From the human T2T-CHM13v2.0 reference genome, Homo sapiens, in NCBI RefSeq assembly GCF_009914755.1, contig NC_060944.1: a stretch of 64,000 nucleotides of DNA; one strand, 5' to 3'. The notes below the pieces were generated by a model, which saw nothing but the letters and a program-made list of their open reading frames with translations, was not told where the DNA came from and made no database searches. Below, in pieces: positions 60,113-64,000 of this stretch. Numbering within the stretch: the first letter of the stretch is position 1; the number at the start of each line of letters is the position of its first letter. The translations under genes and the position numbers were made by a program.

Positions 60113-62621
60113 TTTTTATAAATAAACAAACAGAGCCTCCAAAATTGGTGATTTTAAATTAGCAGCTCTATCGCCACCACAGTTCTGTCATCTAATTATG
60201 AAGGACACATACAAATAATCTGTAAATGAAAATTAGCTAGTTTAAAAATTGAATCTCTAAGTAATACCAAAATAACAGACAAAATAAATCAGAAATCTCA
60301 TATAATGCTTTTTCCAAATTCTAGAGCTGAGGGCAAGCCATAGGTGTTTTTTTTGTTTGTTTCTGTTTTTTTTTTTCCTGGCAAACATGCCATGTTTAAT
60401 ATACCTTTAAAGTTAATTCCCAAAGTGTGAACAAGTATCTGTAAATGAAAGTAAATAACTCAAACAAAAAATTTAAAGAATAAGCAAATTTATAAGCAGA
60501 ATATGTAAATATTTAAGCAGAATATGCAGCATTACCTTCTAACTCTTCCAAAAGACAATGCTCTCAAAACATGTGTTTGGGAATATGGTTATTTATGCAG
60601 CACTCAGGAGGGCACACAGATAAAGGCCCCAAAGGGAAAAACACAGCTGAACCTAAGCCTGACCCAGCTGTATTCTGTACAGGCTGGGCTGCTGCTGGGT
60701 TCACTTTAGAGCAGGACTGAGAATGTTAGCTTCTACCCCCGGCAGGCAGACCCTTGGCTCTTACGGGAGAGTTGCTGTGATCCTTCCAAGGTCCAGGAAA
60801 TAAGCAAGCACCCGAGGCATAGAGAAATTAAAATTTGTCTTGGGCCTAGAGACCATAGCCTGCCTGGGCCAACGGCTGTCTGCACACCTTGGGACACACT
60901 GCTCACTTCGCCTTCCTGGCCTTTCCTTCTGTCCTCTGCAGAACCAAACTCAACGTCAGGCCGTGGTTTCTGCTCATCAAAGAATGACTGCTGCGTGATC
61001 ACTAACGTGCCACCACCTGCACTTCAGTGTCTCAAGGTCTCCCCTGCCGCTGACATTTGGAACAGGCTGGTCAGGATACTGAGGATGCTGGACTCTCCTT
61101 CGCAGTGGTCTTTGTATAAACCCAAGGGGAATGGGAATTTGGAGACAAAGGAAGCCATCCTGGAGCGGCCAAATAAAGCCTTTAATCTTTAAGGACGGGG
61201 AGGTTCTTATTTCAAGACCTAAAGCAAATTCCTAAGTGAATAAACAAATGGGTAGGAATTTATAGCCTCAATAAATCAACTAAGTTGAATGTAGCACTAG
61301 ATCATATTTGGCAGTAAAGCAAAAACCAAAAACCAGAATCTGGCCTGAAGGGCTGTTCCCACCTGTGGTGCCAGTTCACAGGTGTAGCGGCAGAAGACGG
61401 ACACAGGGTGCACACTGTCCTGGAGGCAGGAAACAGGCAGGCAGGAAGGTCTGGGGAGAACTGGGGGGCAGGGAGGCAGGGAGGGGGTCACCCCACTGAC
61501 CCCAGCTCTGGTGACAGAATACGTTCTACATTTTTATGGCCCAGTTTTTAAACATTCTGGTTTTTCAGCATCGATTGCCACTGTTTGCTATTCATGCCTC
61601 ATAGTCTAAAAGGCTGTACATAAGCCACGTGTTACAGATGAAAAGCTGAGGCTTGTGTACAAGATGCACTGTCCATTGGAACTGGACACAGCCCATCTTT
61701 CCTGATGGCCATGATGAGGACCCTTTTGGTTCCCCATTTACACAACCACAGGATCCCAAATGGATGGTGAAAGACAGTGACACCAAAAGAAATCTGACAA
61801 GCCAAACTATTAAGTGCAATAAAATCCTAAGATAGAATTGTTATAATTAGAAAAAAAAATTACTATTTTAGAAAAAAAAAATTAACTTGTCTGGTTTCCT
61901 CAGCTTTTGACTGTCGTATTTTCTTAGAATGACAGTGTTTGGCCTCCCTCCAGCAGTTCAGAATTAGAAACCTACCCCAATCACATCTATCCCTTCTTTT
62001 ACCTGACTTTGCTTTCTCTTTCCTATCTCTTTCTTCTCTTTCTGTACTTTCTGAACAGATACTCAAGCATAATTAGACTACTTTGAAGAACAAAGACATT
62101 ATTTCCTAAGAGGTCTGAGCTGTCAATGATTTTGTATTTGGATCAGGAAACAGGAAAAGTAAAGGTACAATCACTCCAGAGGGCCCCCACTCTCAAATAA
62201 TGCAGCACATTCCTGCTAAGCTACAGTGGGGTGTTCTGGGCACCACTGGATTCACTGGTGCCACATCATGCATGTACACAACTGATGTTTTCCATCCTGA
62301 CGACCTGCAGGCTGGACGACACTTAATGCAGCCCCTCCAGACTACAAGAAGAGCACTTCCATTCCCTGCTGCTGCCTATCAAAGAGAAATATGCAGAAAA
62401 CAAAGATTTTAAAAAACAGACCCTGTCCCCAGTTTTAAGGGCAATATAGAAAAAAAAAGCTGAGCTCATCATGCTTAAGAAGAAATGCTGTGTCCCTGAA
62501 CTCAATCTAGAAAGCTTTCTGTTGCCACTTCCCCCTTTTTGTTTTTACCATTTCCTGCTAAAAGAGTAAAACATTTTCTTTGGGCAAATTTAAAGGGTTT
62601 TTTTGTTGTTTTGTACTTTGA

Positions 62622-62957
<336 letters not shown>

Positions 62958-63959
62958 CCATAAAGGGTATTTTTTAAGAAAAAAAAGTTTCACTGCATGC
63001 CACCAAATAAAAGTTGTCATTTATATTTCAGGAGGCTGACTTCCTTTTGCATGCTTTGAGCTGTGAAACTGGGCCAATAATAGGAGGTACTGATGGACAG
63101 ACACAGAGTCCTTTCCTGAGAGAACAAAAGCCATTCTAACAACCAGGGGAGCCCACAAGATCATCTGTGTTGATGAAGCCTGTTTCTATTGATGCAGTTT
63201 CTGCGCTTGGTGGTGATGAAGAAGGGCATACCCTGAGTGTACTATGTAAAGCCTTCCCATCAAACAGCATCTGTAAAACTGCAAGGGAAAAAACACATCC
63301 AGGGTCAGACATTTATGGTAGCTCCTCTAGGTCTCCACTCTTGCACCTGAGACTGCGGAGGTTTTGCTTCCCACGGGGGCACAGGGCTCCTTAGGTTGCC
63401 ACATATCAATAAACACTCAGTGCCTGCAAGAGGCTTTTCTATCAGCTCAGCCAGGCAGATGGCCACCTGTCTGCTTTCAGAGGTGGCAGATGGCTTTCCC
63501 AGGCGCTGCTCTTGCACACTTTCCTTGCAGGGTGCAGGTCCCTCTGTGGATATCCCTTAGATTACAGGACTGGGAGGTGTGGGCCTTCAGGGCCTTGCTG
63601 AACAGCAGCTGGGCAGGGAGTGTGGCAGAGGTGCCAGCGTTCCCTCTGCCAGTTTGACAGTGATTTCCTTTTCCTCCTACTGTCCAGGGTAACTGTTTGA
63701 ACAACCTGCCCTGGTTCCTTTGACGGGGGAGGAAGAGAGGGCTGGGCCCTCAGTCTGAGGACTTTAAAAGCCCTGCGGAGCACCAGGAGCACTGTGGCAG
63801 AGTGGCAGGTGGCAGAGTGGTAGGAGAGGGGTCTCCAGAGCCTCTGACTGTGATGGAATCTGCCCTAATGGGCTGCTGTGCATATGAATGAGGCAGGAAG
63901 GGAAATGCTTAGCGAGGCAGGCATCTCGAATGAGGACTGGGCAGTGAGCAGCACAATGA

Positions 63960-64000
63960 GGCCGCACAGTGCACGCACCTGTAATCCCAGCACGTTGGGA
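63960..64000 (+). mobile_element. Start of an Alu cut by the window edge
   Basis: cacctgtaatcccagcacgttggga. Confidence 0.75.

Overview
Human or very closely related great-ape genomic DNA. The gene pair matches the PYGB/ABHD12 locus, which I recall as human 20p11.21 (not checked). The + strand carries the last three coding exons and 3' UTR of PYGB (brain glycogen phosphorylase). The - strand carries exons 2-13 of ABHD12 (lysophosphatidylserine lipase, the PHARC gene); exon 1 lies beyond the right edge. All exon boundaries were read from the sequence and the phases join into one frame containing GHSLG, HAEDD and GYRH. An alternative last ABHD12 exon sits inside a PYGB intron, so the genes overlap tail-to-tail. 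Introns hold a full-length, inactivated L1PA2-like element, an SVA inserted in an Alu, about 35 Alus, LTR/ERV pieces, old L1M and DNA-transposon relics. Best leads, all hypotheses: (1) the L1's open antisense ORF0 has two splice donors phase-matched to ABHD12 exons 3 and 4, predicting membrane-anchor-less fusion proteins; (2) an Alu + ERV + U5-less LTR8 + poly(A) block that may be one chimeric retrocopy; (3) a stop-then-restart cassette exon upstream of ABHD12 exon 2; (4) back-to-back poly(A) signals at the ABHD12 3' end. Most ORFs in the supplied track are spurious. Repeat subfamily names are from recognition, not a database search, and repeat ends are approximate.
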